Both the position numbers and the translations under genes were made by a program. The notes below the pieces were generated by a model that was not told the origin of the DNA, did not search any database, and saw only the letters and a program-made list of their open reading frames with translations. From a virus (lineage: Duplodnaviria > Caudoviricetes), in the IMG/VR virus record IMGVR_UViG_3300022666_000258, positions 1-28,452 of that record: a DNA stretch of 28,452 bases. One strand, 5' to 3'. Below, piece after piece: positions 1 through 8,112 of the stretch. Numbering within the stretch: the first letter of the stretch is position 1; the number at the start of each line of letters is the position of its first letter.

Positions 1-122
1 TCGTTTTTTGCAACATCAACAGACTCCAGGCAAAAACCGCTACCCCTGAGAGGCGTCGGGCCGAAAAGCTGCCCCGACTACCCCCGCCAGAGGTACGTCA
101 ACTACAGGTTTGCGGATTCGGG

Positions 123-515
123 TTAATACGTATCTCTGTATTTCCAGTTTTGGAACTTTTCATACTCAATTTCATCGTCGTAACTACCGCCATCGTCTCC
201 ATATTTATTGCGGAGCCATGTGTCATAGCCTTTTTTGTCGGCCCTTCTTATATCTTCTACTGGGTGGCAGTCTGTGCAGGCTATTTCTACATCTTCTGCG
301 CTCTCTTCATAGAGGGTATCATAGTGCAAGTGATGTACTTGTAGTGATTTGGTCTTTCCGCATTGCTGGCATTTTCTGCCAAGTAGTTTGAATGCTCGCT
401 CTCTTTTTTTCTTCCACTCTGGCGAGCGAAGGTAAGTTTGATAGTCGCTATAGTTACTCTTCGGCCCAAGAGATAAATCTTCTTTAGCAGGGGCGAACAA
501 TGGAAGCTGTTTCAT
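123..515 (-). CDS. HNH endonuclease (Zn-binding)
   Basis: CQQCG...LQVHHLHY...ACTDCH motif, preceded by YLRSPEWKKKR; start taken at MKQLPLF (ATG 515). Confidence 0.85.
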   Translation of the reverse strand: MKQLPLFAPAKEDLSLGPKSNYSDYQTYLRSPEWKKKRERAFKLLGRKCQQCGKTKSLQVHHLHYDTLYEESAEDVEIACTDCHPVEDIRRADKKGYDTWLRNKYGDDGGSYDDEIEYEKFQNWKYRDTY

Positions 516-1011
516 ATTTTTGTCCTGGTGTAACAAGCGCAATACCATCAACTTTAAACATTTTTACGTAAGGTGTTTTGTTCTTGTTGAATTCGTAAAA
601 TCGTTGTTCTGCAAGCTCAATATATCTCAGAACAAGGGGGTTTTTTGTTAATGGAAACCTTACGTTGTCTAGCGATAAGCCTTCATATGCGCGCGATGGG
701 TCAGGAAGAAATAGTATTTCCGGCTCGTTATCCGGATGCGGCGTCAAATCTACGAGCTTACCGTTGGTTTGACGCCAAACTGCGTGAAATACGAACTCTA
801 AGAGGACGCGAGGCCATAGGTATATGTACCAGCCAAATTGAACGTATCCTCCGGCAGCCTTGACATGATTTTCCACGTTACTGAAACACTCATGTGCTGT
901 TTTTCCTGGAAACGGAGTCACCGGAATAAACTCCGGCGCCCCTCCGGGAACAACTCGCCGGGCGTGCTTAATGATGGTTTCCGAGATTGATAACGGAGTT
1001 TGTGTGTTCAC
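484..1011 (-). CDS. Hypothetical protein with a putative papain/transglutaminase-like Cys-His-Asp triad
   Basis: ECFSNV...FGWYI...FHAVW...LVDLTPH motifs; 175 aa ORF overlapping the HNH start. Confidence 0.7.
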   Translation of the reverse strand: MNTQTPLSISETIIKHARRVVPGGAPEFIPVTPFPGKTAHECFSNVENHVKAAGGYVQFGWYIYLWPRVLLEFVFHAVWRQTNGKLVDLTPHPDNEPEILFLPDPSRAYEGLSLDNVRFPLTKNPLVLRYIELAEQRFYEFNKNKTPYVKMFKVDGIALVTPGQKYETASIVRPC

Positions 1012-1089
1012 GTTTTGATTTGCCCAAGGACAAGCCGGGCATGTTCCGTGTCCATGTTTATCGACAAACTATAACAGGAAAGTTGACAA

Positions 1090-1314
1090 ATGAAAATTGA
1101 TTTCCAGGCAACTAAGCAAAATATGGTGAATGCGGGCCTTAATTTGACCAGATGGGGCAAGTTGAGAGGATTTGCTCCACCGACGTTATTGCGGGTTCTC
1201 CAGGGCAGATACCCGGCTCGCTCAACCGGGGAGAAGTACGCGAATATTATTAATGCTTTGAGGCTGGAAGGTTATCTGGTTGAGTCTCGGGACGAAACGG
1301 ATCGGGCTGCATGA
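1090..1314 (+). CDS. Cro/Ner-like HTH regulator
   Basis: 74 aa, GLNLTRWGKLRGFAPPTLLRVLQG HTH; first gene of the rightward operon. Confidence 0.75.
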   Translation: MKIDFQATKQNMVNAGLNLTRWGKLRGFAPPTLLRVLQGRYPARSTGEKYANIINALRLEGYLVESRDETDRAA

Positions 1315-1343
1315 AGATGATTTTCCACCATGTAGGAGGATAT

Positions 1344-1802
1344 ATGAAATCGCACGAGGCTATGGACAGATGCATAGGGCGGCACAGGCTGGCAGTGGCA
1401 AAGGCCCTCCATAAGAGCGCCGCGCTGGTATCCAAGTGGCAGGAACCAACTGCTGATTTTACCGATTCGGGCACACTGAACCCGATAGATCGTCTTGAGA
1501 CGATTATCAATGCCACCTTGCATGAGGGCCAGAACAAAGAAGACGCGACCGCGCCGATTGCCTACCTGGCGCACAAGTTCGGCCTGACTGTTATTCCCCT
1601 CCCTGAAGCAATTTCCACGATGAGAGATGTAGTTGTCCAGACACATAGGTCCATTAAAGAGTTCGGAGAGTATATCACCGCGTTTTCGGAGGCTATCGAG
1701 GACGGCCGGATTTCTCCCCTGGAGCGCCGCCGCATAGAGCTCGAGGGACTTCAGACGATCCAGCATATAGCGGCTGTTCTTCAGATGATTGGCAGAGATT
1801 AA
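1344..1802 (+). CDS. Phage regulatory CII-family (186/P2-type) protein
   Basis: AGGAGG RBS; N-terminal HTH (VAKALHKSAALVSKW), LNPIDRL motif, C-terminal AIEDGRISPLERRRI. Confidence 0.8.
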   Translation: MKSHEAMDRCIGRHRLAVAKALHKSAALVSKWQEPTADFTDSGTLNPIDRLETIINATLHEGQNKEDATAPIAYLAHKFGLTVIPLPEAISTMRDVVVQTHRSIKEFGEYITAFSEAIEDGRISPLERRRIELEGLQTIQHIAAVLQMIGRD

Positions 1803-1849
1803 GGGCCACATCCCGGAGCAGCAGAGGACCGGGACGGAGGGGTAATAGG

Positions 1850-2137
1850 ATGGGAAATCTCCCAACAATATCAAGAAACGTAATTACTGTGCGCGTATTC
1901 GGCGTCAAGATTTTTGAGATCCTTTGGGGCGGGATTCCCAGCGATACGCTGCGCTATCAACAAAAAGAACCTATCCGCGCCAAATCTGTATCGATGATCA
2001 AGGGTGGCGTTTTTCCTTCTGCATCGGTTGGGCAAGAATGCCGTCCTTGCTGGTTTCGTTCTCGAGTCGCTCAACCGTCCACTTCCAAGCTTCAAGAGTG
2101 TCATCAAGAAGAGATTCAGGCTCCAATTCATTATTAA
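1850..2137 (+). CDS. Hypothetical protein (doubtful)
   Basis: ORF with a GGAGG upstream; no recognisable motif. Confidence 0.3.
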   Translation: MGNLPTISRNVITVRVFGVKIFEILWGGIPSDTLRYQQKEPIRAKSVSMIKGGVFPSASVGQECRPCWFRSRVAQPSTSKLQECHQEEIQAPIHY

Positions 2138-2196
2138 ATATGCTCTTTCAAAAACAAAAGCCTGCCCGGCAAGACCAGGGCAAAGGAGGGACGAAA

Positions 2197-2427
2197 ATGG
2201 CTGTTGAACGATGGAAAGCTTTTCTCAATGAAGTATTGCCGGACAAAACCGAGCAGGCTGAATTCGTCCGGCTGCTCAGAAAAGCAATTACCGGATCACC
2301 GGTTGAATTTCTTGCCCTTAACAATTTGGGAAGGAAACCAGCGAGGCTCTTCATAGAACCTATCGTGTCTGGCGATAGGATATCGGGGAATCTGGCCGTT
2401 AACGACGTAAGAAAGGTGGCTCGTTGA
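2197..2427 (+). CDS. Small hypothetical protein
   Basis: AAGGAGG RBS before ATG 2197; 3' half overlaps the antisense gene. Confidence 0.55.
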   Translation: MAVERWKAFLNEVLPDKTEQAEFVRLLRKAITGSPVEFLALNNLGRKPARLFIEPIVSGDRISGNLAVNDVRKVAR

Positions 2428-2637
2428 GGTTATTTCGATACGTTTTTCGTCGAGGAGTTCTTTCAGGGCGTTGATGCCATCCAGAGAACAATGAAACCAG
2501 CAATGAATGTTTTTGTTTTCTATCTCCATGGAAGCATCGCCAGTAAAGCCCGGTATTTCTGAAAGGTTTACAAAGGTTAGACCATCACCTTTGTCGTTAA
2601 GCATTTTTATTACGGCGCTTTTGATTGATTTAACCAT
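2296..2637 (-). CDS. Antisense moron; resembles the SaPI-type 'pathogenicity island protein' family
   Basis: GGAGGAAGG RBS; TFVNL..GF.GD...N...W...SYVVNG..P.YPIA...Y...RWFP pattern recalled from that family. Confidence 0.7.
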   Translation of the reverse strand: MVKSIKSAVIKMLNDKGDGLTFVNLSEIPGFTGDASMEIENKNIHCWFHCSLDGINALKELLDEKRIEITSTSHLSYVVNGQIPRYPIARHDRFYEEPRWFPSQIVKGKKFNR

Positions 2638-2682
2638 CTTCCCTTCCTCCTGTCGGTTTTTTGGTGATGCATGGTAGCCGCC

Positions 2683-2691
2683 ACTATAGCA
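2683..2691 (-). promoter_or_regulatory. Extended -10 promoter (TGcTATAGT) for the antisense moron
   Basis: TGCTATAGT on the minus strand, about 45 nt upstream of ATG 2637. Confidence 0.55.
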
Positions 2692-2747
2692 GTGCGGGGA
2701 AGGGATTAAAACTATTTTAAGGTTGCAAGCAGGTCGGAGGCGTGACG

Positions 2748-2954
2748 ATGGGTTCCGCTGAATTCAACATCCTCGAAGAGAAAATAGACGCTCTGGACAA
2801 GAAGATCGACCGGATATTGAACACGTTCGGCCTCCGTGAGCAGTTGAGCCTGGAGGAGCGGCACAAGGTTGATGTGATGAGCAAGATGTCGCTGGAGGAC
2901 CTGAAGGCGCAAAGCCGGGCGATTTCCAGAGAGATGAGGAGGAAAAAGCGATGA
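2748..2954 (+). CDS. Small coiled-coil early protein
   Basis: GGAGG RBS 7 nt upstream; ATGA overlap with the next gene. Confidence 0.7.
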   Translation: MGSAEFNILEEKIDALDKKIDRILNTFGLREQLSLEERHKVDVMSKMSLEDLKAQSRAISREMRRKKR

Positions 2955-3154
2955 CTCTGAATGAGCTGCTGAAGATGATTGACGAAGCACAAGAGTGCCG
3001 TATCGGGCTTCAGGGCAAATCTCGCTATGTGTCTCTGCCGGTGTCTAAATTCCTGCTTCGCAAGCGGGCGGATGATTTGATCACTGCCGGTGTATCTGTT
3101 GAGTTTTGCGATTACGATCATGGCAAGACTCTCTATGTGGAGAGTGGGCTGTGA
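2951..3154 (+). CDS. Hypothetical early protein
   Basis: ATGA and GTGA translational coupling on both sides. Confidence 0.7.
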   Translation: MTLNELLKMIDEAQECRIGLQGKSRYVSLPVSKFLLRKRADDLITAGVSVEFCDYDHGKTLYVESGL

Positions 3155-3306
3155 AGGGGCGGCGGCTGGGTAATCTCCTGATGTGGCTGGTGTGTTTCGC
3201 CCTGTCGTTTGCCTGTGGCCATGCCTGCGTGCAGGCCATCGACGCGGACCAGGAGCGATACGAGCTGGCCCCTTCGGCCCGCGCCGGGATTGTCGCCAGA
3301 TGGTGA
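3151..3306 (+). CDS. Small single-TM membrane protein
   Basis: GTG start overlapping the upstream stop; LLMWLVCFALSFACG hydrophobic stretch. Confidence 0.6.
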   Translation: MKGRRLGNLLMWLVCFALSFACGHACVQAIDADQERYELAPSARAGIVARW

Positions 3307-3318
3307 GAGTTGGTGGAT

Positions 3319-3461
3319 GCGGGGCGGCGTTCCCTCCTACGCCGTGGGGCGGTTCAGCCAGCCGCCCCGTTCCCGCGCTTTTTCTTTTGCGGGCGTCTAT
3401 CCCCTACGCTTGCAATGCCTTGTCGAGCCGCCGTTTTACAAGGGGCGGGGGCTCGATGAGG
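3319..3461 (+). ncRNA. Structured intergenic RNA (three-way junction plus U-tract, then two hairpins)
   Basis: Pairings 3319-3324/3371-3376, 3325-3330/3339-3344, 3345-3354/3360-3369; T-tract 3379-3388; hairpins 3389-3413 and 3418-3461. Confidence 0.5.
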
Positions 3462-3480
3462 GCTTCAGAAAGGTAATGCC

Positions 3481-3771
3481 GTGATGCTTCCGACTACCTG
3501 GCAGATTCTGCGCCGACATCCGTATCTGTTGCCGTTATTGCTGGTGGTCCTGCTGAATGTGGCCGCTGGTTATGTGTGGCAAGGCCTGAAGCGTTTTGGC
3601 CGCTGGCTGAAGGGCCATGTTGTGGCAGACGAAGAGCTTTCCCGCCGCCTGGATGCGGTTGACCAGGAGCTGGAAGAACTGGAGCAGCATCCTTGCCGGG
3701 GTTGCGGCAGTTATCGCTATGGGTGTGATGAGTATTGTACCCGGTTGCTCAGGTGGGAGATGAGGCTGTGA
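3481..3771 (+). CDS. Membrane protein with a C-terminal Cys cluster
   Basis: TM segment LLPLLLVVLLNVAAG; CRGCG..C...C; GTGA overlap with the next gene. Confidence 0.65.
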   Translation: MMLPTTWQILRRHPYLLPLLLVVLLNVAAGYVWQGLKRFGRWLKGHVVADEELSRRLDAVDQELEELEQHPCRGCGSYRYGCDEYCTRLLRWEMRL

Positions 3772-4262
3772 GTGAGATGGGGTATTGCCGGCCCATGAGT
3801 GCAAAGATATCACCCCGGCAGTGCGAGATTAATCGCCGCCGGGAGCGCTTTCCGTGCCAAGGCTGCGCCGGCCTGGAGGATGTCACGGTGATAAATCTGG
3901 AGGAGATGGTTATGTCGACGGCAACGAAGGAATCACCACCGGGCCGCAAAGGCCGCCATTTGTTGTGCAGCGTTCCCGGATGCGGGAAGATCCGGGTAAA
4001 GGATGGTCTTTGCAAGGCGCACTATAACGAACAACGGAAGGCTGCGGCACTGACAGTTGCGGCGCCTGTCGATAAGAGCCCGCTTTCGGTCTTGCTCCCT
4101 CCGTCTGAGCCGGCCGTTAGCGGCTATTTCCTGAATTTGTCGGATTTTCCTGAGCTGGCTGTATGGCTGAAGGAGGTGTGCGAGGAGAATGATATTCCCC
4201 TTGCCATTATCGGCTTGCTGGAGGCCCGGCGCCAGGGCCTGCTGTTACCGAAGGGCGCCTGA
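3768..4262 (+). CDS. Cys-rich putative zinc-finger protein
   Basis: C..C..CQGC cluster and CSVPGC...GLCKAHY finger. Confidence 0.7.
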   Translation: MSEMGYCRPMSAKISPRQCEINRRRERFPCQGCAGLEDVTVINLEEMVMSTATKESPPGRKGRHLLCSVPGCGKIRVKDGLCKAHYNEQRKAAALTVAAPVDKSPLSVLLPPSEPAVSGYFLNLSDFPELAVWLKEVCEENDIPLAIIGLLEARRQGLLLPKGA

Positions 4263-4263
4263 T

Positions 4264-4611
4264 ATGAAGGGCCTGTCTTCTCTTCCTGGCCTTGAGGCTC
4301 ACCGGATCGTTCCCGAGGAAAAGACACCTGCGTTTGACAATGAGCGGGCGGTCCGGTTGGTGTCGGATGCCGTTTCATTGCTGGAGTCTCTGTATCCTGC
4401 AGGCGGGCTGGAATGGCTGCGGGAGAATCGCAGGGACATTATTGATCATCTTAAGGCCGCGGCAGAGAGGCTGGACAATGCCGCGGCGGGTGAAAAGCTG
4501 GCGGAGTTTACAGCGGCGTTGAAGCACTATACGGAGTGCTACAAGAGGGCTTTCGAGGTCTATAACGGGCGACCGCCGGTTATTGAACGCCAGAAGGGGC
4601 TGTTTTCCTGA
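4264..4611 (+). CDS. Hypothetical protein
   Basis: Fills the gap between the previous gene and the primase; TGATG overlap. Confidence 0.7.
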   Translation: MKGLSSLPGLEAHRIVPEEKTPAFDNERAVRLVSDAVSLLESLYPAGGLEWLRENRRDIIDHLKAAAERLDNAAAGEKLAEFTAALKHYTECYKRAFEVYNGRPPVIERQKGLFS

Positions 4612-5627
4612 TGGGCTATGCATTGGAAGAACTGGGACCGGATAAGTGCCGGGAAATAGCGGAAGGGCTGTTCAAGGTCGAGAAGATGTACGGAGGGGTG
4701 AAGCTGCATGGTTTCTGCCCCATTCATGGCGACAAGAAGAGCAGTTCATTTGTCTACCATTTCGTCGAGGACTGGTTCAAGTGCAAGTCGTGCGGGGCGG
4801 GGGGTGACCTGGTGACGTTATGGCAGGAGGTCACAGGCAAGGGGTTCCGGGATTTCAAGGAAGAATTCGGGGCTGGTGAGATGTCAACCGGACAAAGAAA
4901 ACCCGGCAGAAGCCATTCTGCGAAGCCGCCGGGGGACGTAATTGACGAAAGTGGCTGGGAGCAGCAGCGTCTGCCTGATGTGTTCGTGCCTGAAGAGGTC
5001 CTTGATGCCCTCCCGCCCCTCCCGGCGGAGCGGATCGCGGATCTCAGGGAAAAGAGATGCTGGTCCCCCCAGGTCATCGAGATCCTGGATCTGCGGGAGT
5101 ACACGGACCCGAAAGGCATGAAACGGATTGCCATCCCGATTCGTGACGACCAGGGCCGCCTGTGCAATATCCGGCTGTATCAGCCGGGCGCCGGCCAGTT
5201 CAAGGTGATTTCCTGGTATGACGCCAAGTGCCAGGCCTGCGGCGGCAAGTGGAAGGCATCAGTTGACGGAAAGAGCAAAAAGAAGATCTGCAAGGAGTGC
5301 GGGGCGCTGCCGAACGATTACGGCCGGACCCGGCTCTGGCCTCCTCCGTCGCAGTGGAAGCAGGGCCTGCTCTGGATTTGCGAGGGGGAGCCCGACACGA
5401 TTTGCGCGTTGTCACAGGGTCTGAATGCGGTCACCCAGACCGCCGGCTGCGGGACGTGGCGCGATGAGTTTTCCAGGCTGATGGCGGGTCGCGATGTGGT
5501 GATTGCCTATGATGCCGACCACGCCGGTTTCAAGGGCGCCCATGCGGCGGCAGCATCTATCGCGCAGCAGGCCAAGAGCGTGCGAATGCTGGTATGGCCC
5601 AGGATGATGGGGGAGAGTGGTGGCTAA
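4611..5627 (+). CDS. DnaG-type DNA primase (CHC2 zinc finger plus TOPRIM)
   Basis: CPIHGD...FKCKSCGAGGD; ICEGEPD; AYDAD.AG. Confidence 0.92.
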   Translation: MGYALEELGPDKCREIAEGLFKVEKMYGGVKLHGFCPIHGDKKSSSFVYHFVEDWFKCKSCGAGGDLVTLWQEVTGKGFRDFKEEFGAGEMSTGQRKPGRSHSAKPPGDVIDESGWEQQRLPDVFVPEEVLDALPPLPAERIADLREKRCWSPQVIEILDLREYTDPKGMKRIAIPIRDDQGRLCNIRLYQPGAGQFKVISWYDAKCQACGGKWKASVDGKSKKKICKECGALPNDYGRTRLWPPPSQWKQGLLWICEGEPDTICALSQGLNAVTQTAGCGTWRDEFSRLMAGRDVVIAYDADHAGFKGAHAAAASIAQQAKSVRMLVWPRMMGESGG

Positions 5628-7143
5628 TCCCTCCCCGCCATCCCATTATCCGAAGAATCACGGTCAGGATCTGACTGACTGGTTTGCCAGGCATGGCCGA
5701 AGCGTGTCCGCTCTTCTCGACCTGCTGGCTCACGCCCTGGTTATCGAGCGGGAGGAGGAACCTGAGAGGCCTGCTTCAGTGGAGCGGTTTTTCCGCGGCA
5801 GGAAGTTCATGCCTGCGCTGTTGGCCAGGGCGATTATGGATGACCTGGACGTGGTGGCGGACCCGTTGACCGGCCTGGTTTATCGCTGGGAAGGCCGATT
5901 CTGGGAACAGTATGATTTGTCTCACATCAGGAGCAAGGCGCTGCAAATGCTCCAGGACGAGGGGAATTCGGCCAAGGCCGCGGACGTGGCGAACATGATT
6001 CGAGATCTGTCGACATTGCCGCTCGGGCGAAAGATGAACGACCATGCGGACCTTATCTGTCTGAGAAGCGGGATGTTCAATCTGCGGACCGGAGAGCTGT
6101 TGCCGCATGCGAAGGATTTCTACGCGACCTACATGCTGCCCATAGATTTCGACCCGAAGAACATACCGGACTGCCCGACCTGGAAGCGCTGCCTGGAGCA
6201 ATGGATCATCGAGATGGCGGCGATCCGGGAGGCGCAGAAGTTCGCGGGCTACTGCCTGACGCGCGAGACACGATACGAGCGCATGTTGATACTGTTCGGT
6301 CCTGGCGGCGACGGCAAATCGACCTTCATGAATATCCTGCGGGCGCTGGTGGGGCCGGATAACTGCTCTCATATCCCCATGGGCCGTCTGGAGGATCAGT
6401 TCTATCTATCCCGCCTGGTGGACAAGCTCATCAATATGTCGACCGAAATCGAGGCGAAGGCGATGCAGTCGCAGGAAATCAAGGCGATTGTCTCCGGTGA
6501 CCCGATTTCGGCGGCTTTCAAGAATCAGACGCCATTCGATTTCGAACCTTTCTGCAAGCTCATTTATTCTACGAATCGCCTGCCCAAGATGCTGGACAAT
6601 TCGGACGGCTTCTTCCGCAAAATCATGATTATCAAGTTCGAGGGGCAGTTCGTGAAGAGCGGCACGGCCGATATCTTCCTGAAGGACAAACTGCTCGAGG
6701 AACTGCCGGGTATCTTCGCCTGGGCGCTGATGGGGCTGGTGGAGTTGCGGCAAGAGGGTTTCAGGGACACGGTGAGTATGCAGGCCAGCCTGCATGACTA
6801 CAAGCGCATCAATAACAATGTGCTGTATTTCATCGAGCAACATCTGGAGGCGGACCCGTCGGCCAGGGAGGCTAAGGCGGAGGTCTACGAGCAGTACGTG
6901 AAGCGCTGCAAGGGGTGGAACCTGATGCCCCTGGGAGAGCCGCAGTTTCGTGTTGAATTCTCACGCCTATTGCGGGATGCCGGCATTCAGGTGAAAGACG
7001 GGAAGAAGGATGTGCCCATTGACAGCGTAGGCGGTACGAGGCGCGCAAATGCGTATTTGGGTTTTCGACTCGTCGACGAAAAGGCGGAGGTGGACGCTGG
7101 CGACCCCGCCCCTTTTCCCCTCCCCGCCGGAGGCCAATCATGA
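5617..7143 (+). CDS. P4/D5-family SF3 helicase carrying the primase C-terminal segment
   Basis: D5-N-like region (NLRTGELLPH); Walker A GPGGDGKST; IKAIVSGD; STNRLP; GFFRK. Confidence 0.93.
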   Translation: MVANPSPPSHYPKNHGQDLTDWFARHGRSVSALLDLLAHALVIEREEEPERPASVERFFRGRKFMPALLARAIMDDLDVVADPLTGLVYRWEGRFWEQYDLSHIRSKALQMLQDEGNSAKAADVANMIRDLSTLPLGRKMNDHADLICLRSGMFNLRTGELLPHAKDFYATYMLPIDFDPKNIPDCPTWKRCLEQWIIEMAAIREAQKFAGYCLTRETRYERMLILFGPGGDGKSTFMNILRALVGPDNCSHIPMGRLEDQFYLSRLVDKLINMSTEIEAKAMQSQEIKAIVSGDPISAAFKNQTPFDFEPFCKLIYSTNRLPKMLDNSDGFFRKIMIIKFEGQFVKSGTADIFLKDKLLEELPGIFAWALMGLVELRQEGFRDTVSMQASLHDYKRINNNVLYFIEQHLEADPSAREAKAEVYEQYVKRCKGWNLMPLGEPQFRVEFSRLLRDAGIQVKDGKKDVPIDSVGGTRRANAYLGFRLVDEKAEVDAGDPAPFPLPAGGQS

Positions 7144-7188
7144 GAGCGTTTGCAAGGGTCGTGCCGACCGCAAAAATGGTTAGAGCAA

Positions 7189-7455
7189 TGTCCGTGCCGT
7201 CCGGTCTTGTCCGGAGGGGGTGGACAAGGAAAAGCCTTGATAGACAAGGCATGGCGGGGTTTGTCCGGAATGTCCGGAGGTTTTTCTATTGCCTCACGTA
7301 CGCGCGAGACTTTTTTCTTACGTCAAAAACAGTGGTGTTATTTCTCTTGGGATATAGAGAAAGAGCGGACAAGGCGGACAACGGTGTTAAATGACTGGAT
7401 TCGTTAAATAAAAAATGTCCGGCAGGGGTGGACAAGCACCGGACAAGCCGGACAA
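7189..7455. repeat. Putative replication origin: about 12 GGACAA/TGTCCG iterons in both orientations around an AT-rich core
   Basis: Copies near 7189, 7199, 7208, 7222, 7262, 7271, 7367, 7376, 7416, 7430, 7441 and 7450; directly downstream of the helicase. Confidence 0.75.
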
Positions 7456-7473
7456 CGTAACAACGGAGGTATC

Positions 7474-8112
7474 ATGTTGAGGATTGAGGTGAAGGGGTTG
7501 AAGGAAGCGATGGCCAATTTGAGTCCGAGCAAAGTCGAGAAGGCTGCACGCTCTGCCCTGAATAGGGTGAAGAACCAGGCCAAGACTGAGGCTGTGCGCA
7601 CAATGTCCCGTACCTGGAACATCAGCCAGGGAAACCTGCAACGCAAGAGCTCGGGACGTGACCGCATCCATGTGTCAGGATTTGTTGGTTCGGATCTCAC
7701 GGCTCATATCTATTTCATGGCTGGCGGGATATCACTGACGTACTTCGGCGCTACTGAGCTCCGCTCTCGTGGAAATACACTCGTTAAGATCAACCGCAAA
7801 GTAGGTAAGGCAGTGAGAAGCAAGCGCGAGGACCTTGGCGTCAAAGTACAACTGCTCAGGGGTGGGAAGACCGCCAGGCTGCGTGGTTTCCTGGCTGCTG
7901 TTGCTTACGGCAAGAGCGGAGCTCAGGGTTATCACTTAGGCGTCTTCGCGCGCCATGGAAAGCAAAGGACTCCCATATACGAGAGGAAGATGATCTCTGT
8001 TGCCACGATGATTCGAAAGCCGGAGGTCATAGAACCGTTGCAGAAGTTTATCGTTCAGAAGTTCGATGAGCGGTTTGCCCATGAACTCAAGCGGCAAGGC
8101 ATGACTAAGTGA
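7474..8112 (+). CDS. Lambda gpZ-like minor tail (tail completion) protein
   Basis: IEVKGL...KAARSALNR.....KT; basic composition; GVFAR..K.R.PI; ends RFAHEL; GGAGGT RBS. Confidence 0.75.
   Translation: MLRIEVKGLKEAMANLSPSKVEKAARSALNRVKNQAKTEAVRTMSRTWNISQGNLQRKSSGRDRIHVSGFVGSDLTAHIYFMAGGISLTYFGATELRSRGNTLVKINRKVGKAVRSKREDLGVKVQLLRGGKTARLRGFLAAVAYGKSGAQGYHLGVFARHGKQRTPIYERKMISVATMIRKPEVIEPLQKFIVQKFDERFAHELKRQGMTK

Noticed and set aside
28-112. Cyclic dinucleotide (GEMM) riboswitch
   Set aside because: GGCAAA and GAAA are present but the consensus architecture does not match
1998-2147. Protein-like minus-strand frame (…LLDDTLEAWKWTVERLENE…)
   Set aside because: No convincing start or RBS; possibly a gene remnant but not supportable
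7140-7407. Two short ORFs after the helicase
   Set aside because: They run through the iteron array, which is better explained as an origin
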